From Malacoraja senta (Eukaryota), in assembly GCA_038087875.1 (NCBI GenBank), contig CM075999.1, forward strand, positions 1 to 64,000: 64,000 bases of DNA, given 5' to 3'. Made by a program: the position numbers and the translations under genes. Positions 63,476-64,000 of the stretch are shown here, one piece after another; the stretch's first letter is position 1; each line of letters opens with the position of its first letter. The notes beneath the pieces were generated by a model. That model was not told where the DNA came from. It ran no database searches and saw nothing but the letters and a program-made list of their open reading frames with translations.

Positions 63476-64000
63476 AGGGGCAGTCCCACTTGGGCGACCT
63501 AATCCGCGAGTTCTGGCGAGTTTGCCCTCGACTCATACTCGCAGCATGGTCGACACGAGGTCGTAGGAGGTCTTCGTAACTCTCCTTCATGCTCGAGAAT
63601 GGTCTCCGCGTACTCGAGGCCTCAGCTAGGTCGCGGCGTTTTTTTCAACATGTTGAAAAATGCCCCCGAGTAAAAAAAGGTTGCCATGGAAAAAATCGAT
63701 ACTTTTTTTACTCGTAGGTTTAGTCGTAGTAGGTCGTAGTAGGTCAGCATGTTAGTTGTAGGTAATCGAGGGTAGTCGAAGATAGTCATAGATAGTCTTC
63801 ATCATGGTCGAAGGGAGGTCGAAGAAGGTCGTCTTCACTCTCCACTATTCGGTGTCCAATTTTCCCGAAGTTAGTCGTAGCTAGTCGAAGCTTGTCTTCA
63901 ACATAGTTGAAGGAGGTCGAAGGAGGTCTTCAACATGACATTTTTTCAAACTCGCCTAAACTCTTCTAAACTCGCCAAATAGGTCGCCACAGTGGGACAG
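63476..64000. mobile_element. Harbinger-type MITE of a related subfamily; right TIR cut by the window edge
   Basis: TAA then AGGGGCAGTCCCACTTGGGCGACCTA at the left; TAGGTCGCCACAGTGGGACAG at the window end; shares the internal TTCAACATGTTGAA palindrome. Confidence 0.8.

Overview
Repeat-dense vertebrate genomic DNA, most likely from a cartilaginous fish (skate/ray-like), judged from its CR1 LINEs, HE1/V-SINE-like tRNA SINEs and Penelope-derived repeats. The only host coding sequence I recognise is a 96-nt first coding exon on the minus strand (30440-30345, MQVAGNRMAGKANDSSIKWQLCYDMSAKTWWM, followed by a GTGAGT donor). It matches the distal alternative N-terminus of Nuclear Factor I A (NFIA) and sits in a ~4.3 kb transposon-free island. 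Positions 1-30344 would then be NFIA intron 1 and the rest upstream sequence. Elsewhere the window holds nested mobile elements: CR1, L1, L2, Rex/Babar fragments, a HERO-clade RLE retrotransposon, Penelope-like GIY-YIG fragments, dozens of short palindromic Penelope derivatives carrying minimal hammerhead motifs, and hAT and Harbinger MITEs. The most striking observation is in the HERO 3' UTR (44147-44221). It has all hammerhead core nucleotides, perfect stems I and III and a weak stem II, but in a non-circularly permuted (pseudoknotted) order, with a consensus kink-turn extending stem III. Several local dispersed duplications are also visible. All calls are by eye; no searches or folding were run, and boundaries not fixed by a TSD are approximate.
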